Origin: a virus
Lineage: Duplodnaviria > Caudoviricetes
DNA length: 64,000 nucleotides
IMG/VR virus record: IMGVR_UViG_3300035510_000379
Location: 7,727 to 71,726 of that record
Reading direction: 5' to 3' (one strand)
A model generated the notes under the pieces. The model saw nothing but the letters and a program-made list of their open reading frames with translations. It was not told the DNA's origin and ran no database searches. Below are positions 10,375 through 19,980 of this stretch, in pieces. The position numbers were made by a program, and so were the translations under genes. Every line of letters starts with the position of its first letter. Within the stretch, counting starts at the first letter, position 1.

Positions 10375-11058
10375 ATGCCATCACTCGATATAGATGAACA
10401 GCTTGCAGATTTTTTAAGCGTGAAAAGCATAAGCAAAAACAACAGTACAAGCGTAATTACAAGCAATTCTGTAATCAGAACTTCTAAAAATTCTAAAGCT
10501 GACGGCAACGCAGGCTTAGAAGATTTAATAGAAATGATTGCTGAACTCGTAGCTAGGTCAAGCAAAATGAAACAGTTAAATGTTAAATTTGAAGCTGACG
10601 AAGGTGCGAAAATAACAAGCGACCCGTCATACATATTAAATCACCCGTTTATTATGTATTCTTTATTGTATCGCAGACCATATAAAAACCTAAAGCCTAA
10701 TTTTAGAGAAAGTTTTTCACGCGATACTGACAAAGGCAGGCAGGTTGGTTCTTTGTACGCACAGAAAATGGAGTGCGTGGTTCAATTTGATATTGTTGCG
10801 TGTGATTATAAAACAGTCAATAACGTAATGAATTATTTTGAGAACTTAATGCTAGAAGGTACTGCTTATTTTAAAAGTAAAGGTGTAATCGAGGTTATTT
10901 TTCAGCAACAGCTTACTGATAAAAGCCTTGAAAATTTACGCGACAGAACTTCTATACGTTCTCTGCAATACTACATTATTATTGAAAAAATGTATACGAC
11001 ATATGATTACTTAATGTCCTCAACAAACATTAACAATGGTCAGTTGTCAGACATTTAG
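10375..11058 (+). CDS. Putative tail terminator/completion protein
   Basis: Immediately precedes the sheath gene; beta-rich core (VVQFDIVA, RSLQYYIIIE). Confidence 0.4.
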   Translation: MPSLDIDEQLADFLSVKSISKNNSTSVITSNSVIRTSKNSKADGNAGLEDLIEMIAELVARSSKMKQLNVKFEADEGAKITSDPSYILNHPFIMYSLLYRRPYKNLKPNFRESFSRDTDKGRQVGSLYAQKMECVVQFDIVACDYKTVNNVMNYFENLMLEGTAYFKSKGVIEVIFQQQLTDKSLENLRDRTSIRSLQYYIIIEKMYTTYDYLMSSTNINNGQLSDI

Positions 11059-11108
11059 ACATATATTTCTTTTTTATATAAGAAATTGAATATGGAGGGT
11101 AAAACTCT

Positions 11109-14100
11109 TTGAGCGTATTAAATGACGGATTAAACTTACCCGGCTCACTAATTGACTACGAAAGAGAGTCAACCGCTGATTTTGATGCTTCGCAATTTGG
11201 CAGCACTGAATCAATATTAATAGTGGGTACTGCCTTCTCTGGTACTCCTGAAATTATCTTCCCTGTATACGGCATCGACCATGCAAAATATATTTATGGC
11301 GACACTTACGACAGTGATACGAGAAAGACGGCTACCTTAACGGCAGGCGTACAGGACGCTTGGGAAAAAGGCTGCCGCACGATTTACGCTATGCGTTTGG
11401 GCGGCAAGGATATTTATAAAGACTTTAAGCTTCGCGATACAGAAAACCTGTTTTTGCGTGTAAAAGGTCTTTATCCAGAAAACGAACTCAAAAATTGCTA
11501 TATGCGTTTTGATAATAAATCTGGCTTAGAAACAATCTCGTTTTATAAGACGATTGAAAAAGCCACTGTATCTGAACGCAAAAACGGTATTGATTCAACG
11601 GAAGGTATGCTTGTTACCACGATTAATCTTAATCAGGATAATGGGCTTACAGCAAATAGCGTCATTACCGAATTAATTAATACGTTTAACAACAATGTTT
11701 ATAATAACGTATTAAGACTTAGCATTGTAGACGCTGACGGCGTGGACGTAACCGAAACGGAAGAAGCTATGCAGCTTTGCATTGGTTCGCTGTTTCCGGG
11801 GGTATATTTCATAGGCAGAGAAATGTCGCTTTGCCAGACTTATACTCAACTTAGCACTAAGATTGTTCTTGACGACAGCGATACTAAGCCTTACAGTTCT
11901 TTCAGCGGCAGCTATTATAAGACTTTGCTCTTTAACAGCGATATTGAAGAACCGTATCCAATTTACGCATCTTCCTATAAAGAATTGCGTGAAGTGTTAA
12001 AAGGCGTTAGCATTACTTCATCGACTAGTTGGGATTTCCTTGAAACTAACGGCTTAGTAGACCGCGCTTTCAAGAAAGATACGGTAGACTATTCAGAAGT
12101 TGACATGAGCAAGTTTGAAATCTACAAGCGTCTTGGTTCTGGTTATACGGTAACGGCGCAGGCTATCGACCGCGGTTACAGAGAAACTAAAGTCAAAGTC
12201 GGTATTGACGATGATGGCAATGCTATTTACGAAACTAAGAATGTTCGCAGAAAACCTCGCGTAATTGAAACGCCAGACGATGACGACAATAAAGTACAGT
12301 ACATTGACGATGGCGCATATCTTTTAATGCAGGACAGCAGCATTAAATTCAGAGTAATCACTTGTGCTAATGCTGATGATAAGATTGCAGATAAGATTCC
12401 TACTGCTGACGACTTTAAAGTAAGCGTAGCTAACAGCATTGAACTTTTAGGCGCGGAAGATGGCGAAGGAGCATTAATCACGGCAACTCCTAAAGTTGAA
12501 AGTGATGATTTGACTCTTGAAAAATCTTATACTTTTAAATTCGTCAAGATAGACGAAAAAGATATTGAAACTGACGTGAAGGACGACATTTACGCTGCAA
12601 AGGTAGCGGAAGTCGTACCGAGCGTTGCTCTTAAAAAGAGTATTAGCAATACTATTGCAAACCTGCTTATAGCTGGCGATGTAAAATCAGGTACTAAAGT
12701 AGCGGTTGTTGACGGTACTTCGGCAACGCTTGTAAGAATTACAAGCCAAGGTTATGAAGTATTGAACTCTACTGGACTTGAAGGCGAACTCCTAGCTATT
12801 GACGATGTTATTTACGAAGGCAAGGTCAAAACTAACAGCGGTACTCAGTACACTGAATTTGACGTTGTTGTTCCTAACACTACTTCGGCAGCAGGCGCAG
12901 CAACCTATAACAACAAAGAGTACATATTGCTTGAATCGGCAGACCATATCTTTGTAGGTCAGATTTTAGACGATGCTACTCAGCTTACTATTGAACCGCT
13001 TGGCGATTTAGATACTATGCTGAATGGCAACGATGATGAAACTCTTATCTACTGTGAAAATAATTACTTCTCGACTAATAGAATAATTATTAAAACTGCT
13101 GACGCAGCAAACGTAACTCTTGAAGATTTTGTAGCTTTGCTTAATGAACATACTGCTCTTAGCAGCGTCTTTGATTTTGAACTCTCCGATGAAGGCTATA
13201 CGAATAAAGACGAATATCTAGAAGATGTCGCTGACGTTTGGGATTCTACGGCAACGAGCATTACTGAATACCATATGTTCCAAGAAGTAAATGGCGTATC
13301 GCAGGACGGCATACTTTATGCTCTTACGGAAGATAAAGCCGTAGATTATGACTTCTCGGCATATATTCCTTATAAGACAAATGACAACTTTGCTAGACAG
13401 CTTGCACAGCACTGCGCTTATACTTCGCTTAAAACTGGTCCGACGCACGGCGTAATAGGTATTTCTAAAACTTATGATTTTAGCCAGAAGTCGATTAGCC
13501 AGAAAGTAAGCGATGTAAATAACTTCGACTTTAATATGTATGTAAAATCTAAGCGCGGCAGAAATGTTCTTGATAGCGATTCGATGCCTTATCCAATCGG
13601 CTGTTTTGTATCGGTAACGATGTTCCAAGACACGATTACTGACGACAACAGCTTCTCGTATATTTCTAATGGCGCATCTGCGTACGCAGGCATGATTACT
13701 ACTTTGCCGCTTACTCAGTCCTCGACAGCACAGGAAATTTCGCTTAACTCGCTTAATTATACGCTTACTAGAAGTCAGCTTCTTACTTTGTCAGAAAAGG
13801 GCATTGTAACGGCTAGGAACAATGATTCAATGACTGGCGTAGTAATTACTGATGGTATTACCATGGCACCGTCCGATGAATTGAAACGCCGTCTGATGGT
13901 ACAGCGCGTACTTGGTTATGTTGGCGAAAGAATCCGTCTTGCGGGCAGCCCGTTCATTGGCAAGCAGGGTACTCCTGCCAACAAGGCTTCTCTTAAAACA
14001 GCTATTGATTCTGAACTTAAAACAATCAAAGACGCTGGCTATATCAGCGGTTATGACTTTGTTGTTTCCAACCTTGATACATACAGCACTGATACGAACA

Positions 14101-14192
14101 TTGACATTACATATGAAATCGTACCAGTAAATGAAATCAGGAGCATTAATAACTCTATCACGATTAGCCGCAGCCTTAGCTCGGCATCTTAA
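11109..14192 (+). CDS. Tail sheath protein (1027 aa)
   Basis: TTG start after GGAGG; N-terminal LPGSLI..ILIVGTA..G; C-terminal RRLMVQRV..IRLAGSPFIG..AIDSEL..ISGYDF..YEIVPVNEIRSI typical of myovirus sheath; precedes tube gene. Confidence 0.85.
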   Translation: MSVLNDGLNLPGSLIDYERESTADFDASQFGSTESILIVGTAFSGTPEIIFPVYGIDHAKYIYGDTYDSDTRKTATLTAGVQDAWEKGCRTIYAMRLGGKDIYKDFKLRDTENLFLRVKGLYPENELKNCYMRFDNKSGLETISFYKTIEKATVSERKNGIDSTEGMLVTTINLNQDNGLTANSVITELINTFNNNVYNNVLRLSIVDADGVDVTETEEAMQLCIGSLFPGVYFIGREMSLCQTYTQLSTKIVLDDSDTKPYSSFSGSYYKTLLFNSDIEEPYPIYASSYKELREVLKGVSITSSTSWDFLETNGLVDRAFKKDTVDYSEVDMSKFEIYKRLGSGYTVTAQAIDRGYRETKVKVGIDDDGNAIYETKNVRRKPRVIETPDDDDNKVQYIDDGAYLLMQDSSIKFRVITCANADDKIADKIPTADDFKVSVANSIELLGAEDGEGALITATPKVESDDLTLEKSYTFKFVKIDEKDIETDVKDDIYAAKVAEVVPSVALKKSISNTIANLLIAGDVKSGTKVAVVDGTSATLVRITSQGYEVLNSTGLEGELLAIDDVIYEGKVKTNSGTQYTEFDVVVPNTTSAAGAATYNNKEYILLESADHIFVGQILDDATQLTIEPLGDLDTMLNGNDDETLIYCENNYFSTNRIIIKTADAANVTLEDFVALLNEHTALSSVFDFELSDEGYTNKDEYLEDVADVWDSTATSITEYHMFQEVNGVSQDGILYALTEDKAVDYDFSAYIPYKTNDNFARQLAQHCAYTSLKTGPTHGVIGISKTYDFSQKSISQKVSDVNNFDFNMYVKSKRGRNVLDSDSMPYPIGCFVSVTMFQDTITDDNSFSYISNGASAYAGMITTLPLTQSSTAQEISLNSLNYTLTRSQLLTLSEKGIVTARNNDSMTGVVITDGITMAPSDELKRRLMVQRVLGYVGERIRLAGSPFIGKQGTPANKASLKTAIDSELKTIKDAGYISGYDFVVSNLDTYSTDTNIDITYEIVPVNEIRSINNSITISRSLSSAS

Positions 14193-14203
14193 TATAGATT
14201 TTT

Positions 14204-14310
14204 GGCAACAGACTTATATATAATATCATACAAATTAGTTAGCTATGCTTGCCTTTTATTTAAAAAATAAGGGGCAAGCATAGAAAAAAGACTTGTTGCC
14301 TTTTGTTTTT
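14204..14310 (+). terminator. Nested stem-loop followed by a T-rich tract after the sheath gene
   Basis: 19-bp stem 14243-14261/14265-14283 (two G-U) inside an outer ggcaaca (14204-14210)/tgttgcc (14294-14300) pair, followed by ttttgttttt. Confidence 0.55.
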
Positions 14311-14364
14311 AGAAGAAATGAAGATAAAGCCTTTGTTCTTCTCTTGCGAGAAAGTCTGCTTTAT

Positions 14365-14582
14365 AGACCTCGCAGTAAGAAGACCCCACTTTTAACAAAT
14401 AAGAGCAACTATGCTATACTAAAATCAGTCGATAATATGTAAATAATCCAAATAATAAAAACCGTGGGACACACGGGGTTAGCTCGCTTATGCTGTAGTC
14501 ATTAGACTGCTCGAACGAGAACCTACTGCTTGCTTTGTTGCAAGAGGAAGCCCCAACCTCTTTAGGTGGGGGAGGATGTCAC
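14365..14582 (+). mobile_element. Non-autonomous IS200/IS605-family mini-element with omega-RNA-like right end
   Basis: Starts after TTAT; ends gaagccccaacctctttaggtgggggaggatgTCAC (subterminal hairpin plus TCAC). Contains accgtgggacacacgggg (ccgtg/cacgg stem; translates TVGHTGLA like a TnpB C-terminal tail) and TGCTATACT at 14412-14420. No transposase ORF. Confidence 0.7.
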
Positions 14583-14647
14583 AGACCTCGTATTTATATA
14601 AAAATATTTTTTTTGCATTAACTCAAAAAAGGAGTGTCCTTTTTAAG

Positions 14648-15283
14648 ATGGCTAACTCTAATTCATCTGAGTACATAAATTCGTATACCACATTTAGCGG
14701 TTGCGATATTGTTTGCTCGTTTGGTTCACAGGTAATCGGTTCTTTGCAGCAGGTTAGTTATTCTGTGAGCAGAGAAAAAGCACCTGTATACACTTTTGGT
14801 AATGCAAATGCTAGGTCGTTCTCAAGAGGCAAGCGCGGCATAAGCGGTACGCTTGTATTCTGCAACTTCGACCAAGACGCATTACTGGAAGGTTTACAAG
14901 AACACTTAAAAGCTAATAAAGTGTTTAGACGTATTGGCGGAGAAAAGAACATCACCAGTATGTCGATTGACGAATGGGATACGGCAATGAGCGAAGTTTT
15001 GAATAATGCTTCGTCTGGCGTAAGCACTACTGCTGACGCTGTATCTCGTACACAGGCTGTCGCAGAAACTACCGACCCAGTATATGCGGACGAAATCCCG
15101 CCATTCGATATTACGGTATCAATGGTAAATGAATACGGCAAAGCTGCCGTTGTAGTTATATACGGTGTAGAACTTCTGAACGAGGCTTCTGGTTGGTCTA
15201 TTGACAACTTGCTTTCACAGAAGGCTTGCACATTCGTTGCAAGACGAGTAAAGAGCCTTGAATCTGTGGATTTAAGTTCTTAA
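14648..15283 (+). CDS. Tail tube protein (paralog 1)
   Basis: YTTFSGCDI, QVSYSVSREKAPVYTFG, RGKRGISGTLVF, PPFDITV, NEYG. ATG 14648 has an AAGGAG SD; the track start at 14576 lies inside the mini-IS and is probably wrong. Confidence 0.8.
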   Translation: MANSNSSEYINSYTTFSGCDIVCSFGSQVIGSLQQVSYSVSREKAPVYTFGNANARSFSRGKRGISGTLVFCNFDQDALLEGLQEHLKANKVFRRIGGEKNITSMSIDEWDTAMSEVLNNASSGVSTTADAVSRTQAVAETTDPVYADEIPPFDITVSMVNEYGKAAVVVIYGVELLNEASGWSIDNLLSQKACTFVARRVKSLESVDLSS

Positions 15284-15380
15284 TAGTTTATATATATAAT
15301 TCTTCTCTTATTTTTTTCTCGGTGTCATTTTTGTTTCTGAATCTCTTTCTCTTTTTACTTTAAAATAAACAGTAATATAA

Positions 15381-15424
15381 AGGCGACAATGGTTTTAAAA
15401 GAATCTTTGTCGCCTATTTTTATA
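15381..15424 (+). terminator. Intrinsic terminator after the tube gene
   Basis: aggcgacaa (15381-15389)/ttgtcgcct (15407-15415) followed by atttttatatt. Confidence 0.55.
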
Positions 15425-15455
15425 TTAAATTAAATTATTAGTGTGGTGATAAAAA

Positions 15456-16985
15456 ATAGCGACATCTAATTTAGATACGGCAAAAAAAGAATTAGAGAAA
15501 GAATTAAGCACTTACGTTAAAAAATATATAAGTGCGTCAGAAGATACAGGCAATACTAAAGACGAATCAAGTACAAAGCAGGATTTTTATAATCAGGCTA
15601 GTACGCTTATAAAAAACAGCTCTACGGCATCAAAACTTACGACAGCCGAAACAGCAGAACTTACTAAATATCTAAATTCGTATGTAGATAATACAGCTAC
15701 TACTTTATATAAAAACAGTCTTACAAAGCACCCAAGGACTATAAATAACGAAACTCCTTACGAATTAGACAAAACTAAGAAAAAAGACTGTACAACGGCT
15801 ATCAATACTCTGTCAAAGAAAATAAGCGCAAGCACGACAACACTATTAGCTGAATGTACCAAGACTAAAAAAGTTCCTAACGAAACGCAATTCAGCAATT
15901 ACATTGACAGTATAATAGAAGCTGAAATAGCTAAAGGCGAATATGATACCAATCAACAAGCTTATATAAAATATAAGTGCCAAAAATATAAAGAGCAGGC
16001 ATTAAAAAAGTATAAGAAATATATCGAAAGCCACGTTGTTACCAACGAAATGCCTATTGAAATCAACGGCTCTAAAAGCACTAAAAAAGTGTCTGGCTCT
16101 GGATATAAAAATGACTGGATAGCACAAAATACTACTTATTCTGGCACTGACGCTGTATTATGCGCAAATCTTAAAACTTCGTCTGGCAAGGTTATATCGC
16201 AGGTAATAGGCGAAGCGCAAACTTTTTCTTATAGTATGTATGAAAAGCCTATGCCTGTTCATGCAATAGGTAATATGAACGCCAAAGATTACGTTCATGG
16301 AGTAAGGACTTTTGCAGGCTCAATGAATGTAATTATTTTTAAACAACATTGGATTTATAATCTGCTTGAAAAGTTTGCCGCCGAAGAAGGATATTCTTCA
16401 AATCATTATTTAATAAATGAATTTGCTCCGATAGATTTTACTCTATTCTTTTCTAATGAATACGGCTCACAGTCGAGTTTAGCCGTATATGGCGCAAGAT
16501 TTTTTAACGAAGGCGTAGTAATAGGCGTCAATGATATTTACATAGAAGGCACTTATCAATTCGTGGCTATGGATATTAGATATATGGCTGACGCTAATTA
16601 CGGTACTGACTTAGAAGAAACTACGACAGCAGGAAAGAAAAGCACGACCACTAGCGTACCTACTAAAACGGTAAATGACGGCGGCAAAAAATCTGACGGT
16701 ACTTCCTCATCTACGACTACGACTAACGACAATACTACAGCTGCGACTTTTGATAAAGATACATATAAAGCTACTTTATCGAATTATAATAAGTTGAGCG
16801 AAGTACAAAAAGCATTAAAAGAGGAAAAAACTAAACAATTACAAGAAATAGCTGCTAATAATGCCGCAGGTAAATATTCTTCAACTAAAGAATTTACCGA
16901 AGCAAAGAGTAATGTAGACGCTTTATATAAAAAGAAACTTGAAGCTGCAAAAGAATATTTTAAAGAGAAAGAGAAAAGTAAATAA
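15456..16985 (+). CDS. Tail tube paralog 2 with long N-terminal extension (probable ATA start)
   Basis: Tube-like core YSGTDA..QTFSYS..PVHAIG..GVRTFAGS..PIDFTL..NEYG. The frame is stop-free for 198 codons upstream of ATG 16050, back to an ATA at 15456 preceded by GGTGAT. Confidence 0.65.
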   Translation: MATSNLDTAKKELEKELSTYVKKYISASEDTGNTKDESSTKQDFYNQASTLIKNSSTASKLTTAETAELTKYLNSYVDNTATTLYKNSLTKHPRTINNETPYELDKTKKKDCTTAINTLSKKISASTTTLLAECTKTKKVPNETQFSNYIDSIIEAEIAKGEYDTNQQAYIKYKCQKYKEQALKKYKKYIESHVVTNEMPIEINGSKSTKKVSGSGYKNDWIAQNTTYSGTDAVLCANLKTSSGKVISQVIGEAQTFSYSMYEKPMPVHAIGNMNAKDYVHGVRTFAGSMNVIIFKQHWIYNLLEKFAAEEGYSSNHYLINEFAPIDFTLFFSNEYGSQSSLAVYGARFFNEGVVIGVNDIYIEGTYQFVAMDIRYMADANYGTDLEETTTAGKKSTTTSVPTKTVNDGGKKSDGTSSSTTTTNDNTTAATFDKDTYKATLSNYNKLSEVQKALKEEKTKQLQEIAANNAAGKYSSTKEFTEAKSNVDALYKKKLEAAKEYFKEKEKSK

Positions 16986-16988
16986 AAT

Positions 16989-18746
16989 ATGATATTTGAC
17001 GCTATATGTATTACTTTAATAGAAAATAAAACGGTATATCTATATAATAACGCTTATATTGACGGATACGACAGAATAGTTTTTAAAGAAACCGACACTG
17101 GAAAGAAAACGACCTATCAGACAAGCGATTCAGAAGTTATTATAGATTTAGATACTGATTACGGCGATTATGAGGTTTATGCCATTAACAGCGATGAAGA
17201 TAGCACTTACAGCGTAAAATTCGCCGTTTACGATGAAACGAGAAACGACTTATTAGAATACTGCGCTAAAATAGCAAATGTTAATCTTAAAAGCAAGATA
17301 ATTCAGCGTGTAGTAAAATCATGCGTGAATAATCCAAGCTATAATATTATCTCTGTAATGCTGAACGAAATGCTTAGTGAGGGAAAAGAAGAGTTTAGAC
17401 TAAATCTTTATAATTTTATCTATACCTACACTAAGCTAATAAATAGGCGATGCGATTTATATAATTATAATAACGACAGCAATTTTAGTATTGATATTTT
17501 AAAAAAGCAGATTCATATAGAAAACATTGACTATATTATTCAAAACAATATAGGAAAAAATGAGCCGCCACATATCTATAAATACGATATTATAAGCGGC
17601 GAAGATGATGGCTATACATATAAAAATATATCGCTGAATTACAATAATATGTATCAATTTAAAGCATATTCAGACAATCAAGTAGTCGGCGTTTATTATG
17701 TATTTTATCCAGAAGAATCTATAATAAATGAAGTATGGACTAAATCATATGAATCAGTCTGCAATATCAATGCTTTAATAGAAAAAGAAATATATTATCC
17801 CGCCCAATATTTAGACTTTAACGATTATGAAAAACAGCTATTGTCTTTCTTAGATAAAGCCGATGATTATTCGCCGTTATTTAAAGAGCCTGAAATAAGC
17901 ATAGACGAATATTCAGTACAAGTTACGATAAACGATTATGACAAATTAAAAGCTATCGAAAATTTAGGCTATACTTTTTATATTGGCTTTTGCATGGTAG
18001 ACGATATTAACGAAGAAAATCTGGTATGCGATACCGTAAGGATAAGCGAAGAATCTTTTTATTTTGATTCTCGCCGTTATGGAATGTATGACGAAGATTA
18101 TTTCTTTTATATTTGCGATTTAGATGGTGTCCGTTATAGTAATGCCGTATTCGTAAACAAATCAGATTATGTAGACGAATATTTTAACGAGCGGTTAAGG
18201 CAATTAAATATTTTTAATTATAATAAGCATCTTGCACCATTGGCAAGCAATAAAAGCGGCGATAATGCTTCTTTAATCACAAATGCGTTTCAGACCTGCG
18301 AAACTGATGAATACTCTACGACAAGCGATATTGCCGATAATATGCTTGATATAATCAATACAAAAATGTTGCAGCCAGATACGCTATCAAATATAGTTGC
18401 CACTATTTATCAAGATAAAATAGTATACGGCGATTATTTAGTTGAGTTTTATAATTCGCCATTTTATTTTAAAAGCAAAATAAACACGATTACTTTACCG
18501 CCAGCAGAAGATACTATTTATTTTATTAAGAAATATTCCTGTGGCGATTCAATAACGACTGAATACTATAATTCATCGCCAGATTCAGCAATAGACGTTA
18601 AAATATATCCTACTGGCATAGATACTATATTAATCTATGGCTATAACATGAAACTTAAAAAGCAATCTGGTTTTATGCAAATTAATTACGATAATTTAAG
18701 AAAAATATCGCTCAATAAATTTTTAGTAGAGATAGAGGTGATTTAA
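16989..18746 (+). CDS. Hypothetical tail-module protein (585 aa)
   Basis: Tightly coupled ORF between tube paralogs; Y/N/I-rich; no recognised motif. Confidence 0.45.
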   Translation: MIFDAICITLIENKTVYLYNNAYIDGYDRIVFKETDTGKKTTYQTSDSEVIIDLDTDYGDYEVYAINSDEDSTYSVKFAVYDETRNDLLEYCAKIANVNLKSKIIQRVVKSCVNNPSYNIISVMLNEMLSEGKEEFRLNLYNFIYTYTKLINRRCDLYNYNNDSNFSIDILKKQIHIENIDYIIQNNIGKNEPPHIYKYDIISGEDDGYTYKNISLNYNNMYQFKAYSDNQVVGVYYVFYPEESIINEVWTKSYESVCNINALIEKEIYYPAQYLDFNDYEKQLLSFLDKADDYSPLFKEPEISIDEYSVQVTINDYDKLKAIENLGYTFYIGFCMVDDINEENLVCDTVRISEESFYFDSRRYGMYDEDYFFYICDLDGVRYSNAVFVNKSDYVDEYFNERLRQLNIFNYNKHLAPLASNKSGDNASLITNAFQTCETDEYSTTSDIADNMLDIINTKMLQPDTLSNIVATIYQDKIVYGDYLVEFYNSPFYFKSKINTITLPPAEDTIYFIKKYSCGDSITTEYYNSSPDSAIDVKIYPTGIDTILIYGYNMKLKKQSGFMQINYDNLRKISLNKFLVEIEVI

Positions 18747-18749
18747 ACT

Positions 18750-19316
18750 TTGGCAATAACAAATTACATATTCTCTACGATAGGCAAATCTTTAAATAAA
18801 AAACCTGCCTACACGAATTACAATATAAATAAAAACAAAAGATATTTCTCAAGCGTTGACGCTGATATATATTTTAACAACACGCATTTAAGCGAAATAG
18901 TTCAAATTCAATGGACTGTTGAAGAAATGCAAAATCCTATATACGGCTACAATTCTTATATTTTTGATTACATGGCTTGCGGCACAAGATTAGTGAATGG
19001 CATATTTGCTATTAACTTTATAGCCCCAGATTATTTAAACCTCGTTACAGCGGACATAGGCGATGATGAAAGCAGAGGATATTTAACGTCTGGCTCTAAA
19101 TACGCGCAAGCGACTACAAGTCCTATGTTTGGCAAAAAATTTGACATATCAATTTCATATGGTCAAGAAGACAAAATAAGTACAAATATTCCTTATGTAT
19201 TTTTATCAGAATGTTACGTTTCAAGCCAAGGTCAAAGTATAGATACGAGCGGCGGCAACATCGTTGAAATGTATAAATTTATAGGCAGAGATAAAACTCA
19301 TACGACTTCGACTTAA
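18750..19316 (+). CDS. Tail tube paralog 3
   Basis: TTG start after GAGGTG; YFSSVDA..QIQWTVEE..PIYGYNS..GTRLVNG.F.INF aligns by eye with the other two tube paralogs. Confidence 0.6.
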   Translation: MAITNYIFSTIGKSLNKKPAYTNYNINKNKRYFSSVDADIYFNNTHLSEIVQIQWTVEEMQNPIYGYNSYIFDYMACGTRLVNGIFAINFIAPDYLNLVTADIGDDESRGYLTSGSKYAQATTSPMFGKKFDISISYGQEDKISTNIPYVFLSECYVSSQGQSIDTSGGNIVEMYKFIGRDKTHTTST

Positions 19317-19404
19317 TTATCTAAAGAATTGAAGCGTAATAATACAGCAGAAAACACCGAAAATAAATATAAAATAAATAAACAGTAAAAAGAGAGGATT
19401 ACAT

Positions 19405-19974
19405 ATGATTGAAGTTCAGAAATTACAAATTCCCGATGATTTAGTTCCAGAAAACAGCGGTGATTTATTCCGCTTAAATCCAGACGCAGATTCTTATGAT
19501 GAACTAGAAAAAGAAGAAGTTGAATCCGAAGAAACAGCAGAACAGGAAGAATTAACGGAAGAAACAGCCGAAGAAGTAGAAGAACAACAGGAAGAACCCG
19601 AAGAATTAGAAGAAGATGAAGAAGATAATAGTGAAATTGCTATTATCGGTACAGATATTACAGAAAAGCAGCTTGCTAAATATAAAGCCAAATATAATAA
19701 ATTGTTTCGTTCTTATTTAAATAATGACATTTATGTATGGCATAGATTATCGCGCGCTGAATTTGCTGACGTAATGAAGCAGACATCGGACATTACAGAT
19801 TTAGAAGAAAAGATTTTAAAAAGAGAAGAACTTGTCTGCAAAGCAGCCTGCGTATATCCTTCACTTGAACGTCAGCAGGAAATATTTAAAGACAATGAAA
19901 TATTCGCGTCTAATATGTGCGAAGAAATTTTAAGCTATTCAGGTTTTGTTAAAGCTTTGACTTCGCAGGTTTAA
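19405..19974 (+). CDS. Putative tail assembly chaperone
   Basis: Acidic N-terminus, then QLAKYKAKY..YVWHRLSRAEF..EELVCKAACVYP; position after the tube genes. Confidence 0.5.
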   Translation: MIEVQKLQIPDDLVPENSGDLFRLNPDADSYDELEKEEVESEETAEQEELTEETAEEVEEQQEEPEELEEDEEDNSEIAIIGTDITEKQLAKYKAKYNKLFRSYLNNDIYVWHRLSRAEFADVMKQTSDITDLEEKILKREELVCKAACVYPSLERQQEIFKDNEIFASNMCEEILSYSGFVKALTSQV

Positions 19975-19980
19975 TAACTT

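Noticed and set aside
14576-14647. Track start of the tube gene at 14576
   Set aside because: That ATG lies within the IS right end (gATGtcac); ATG 14648 has an AAGGAG SD.
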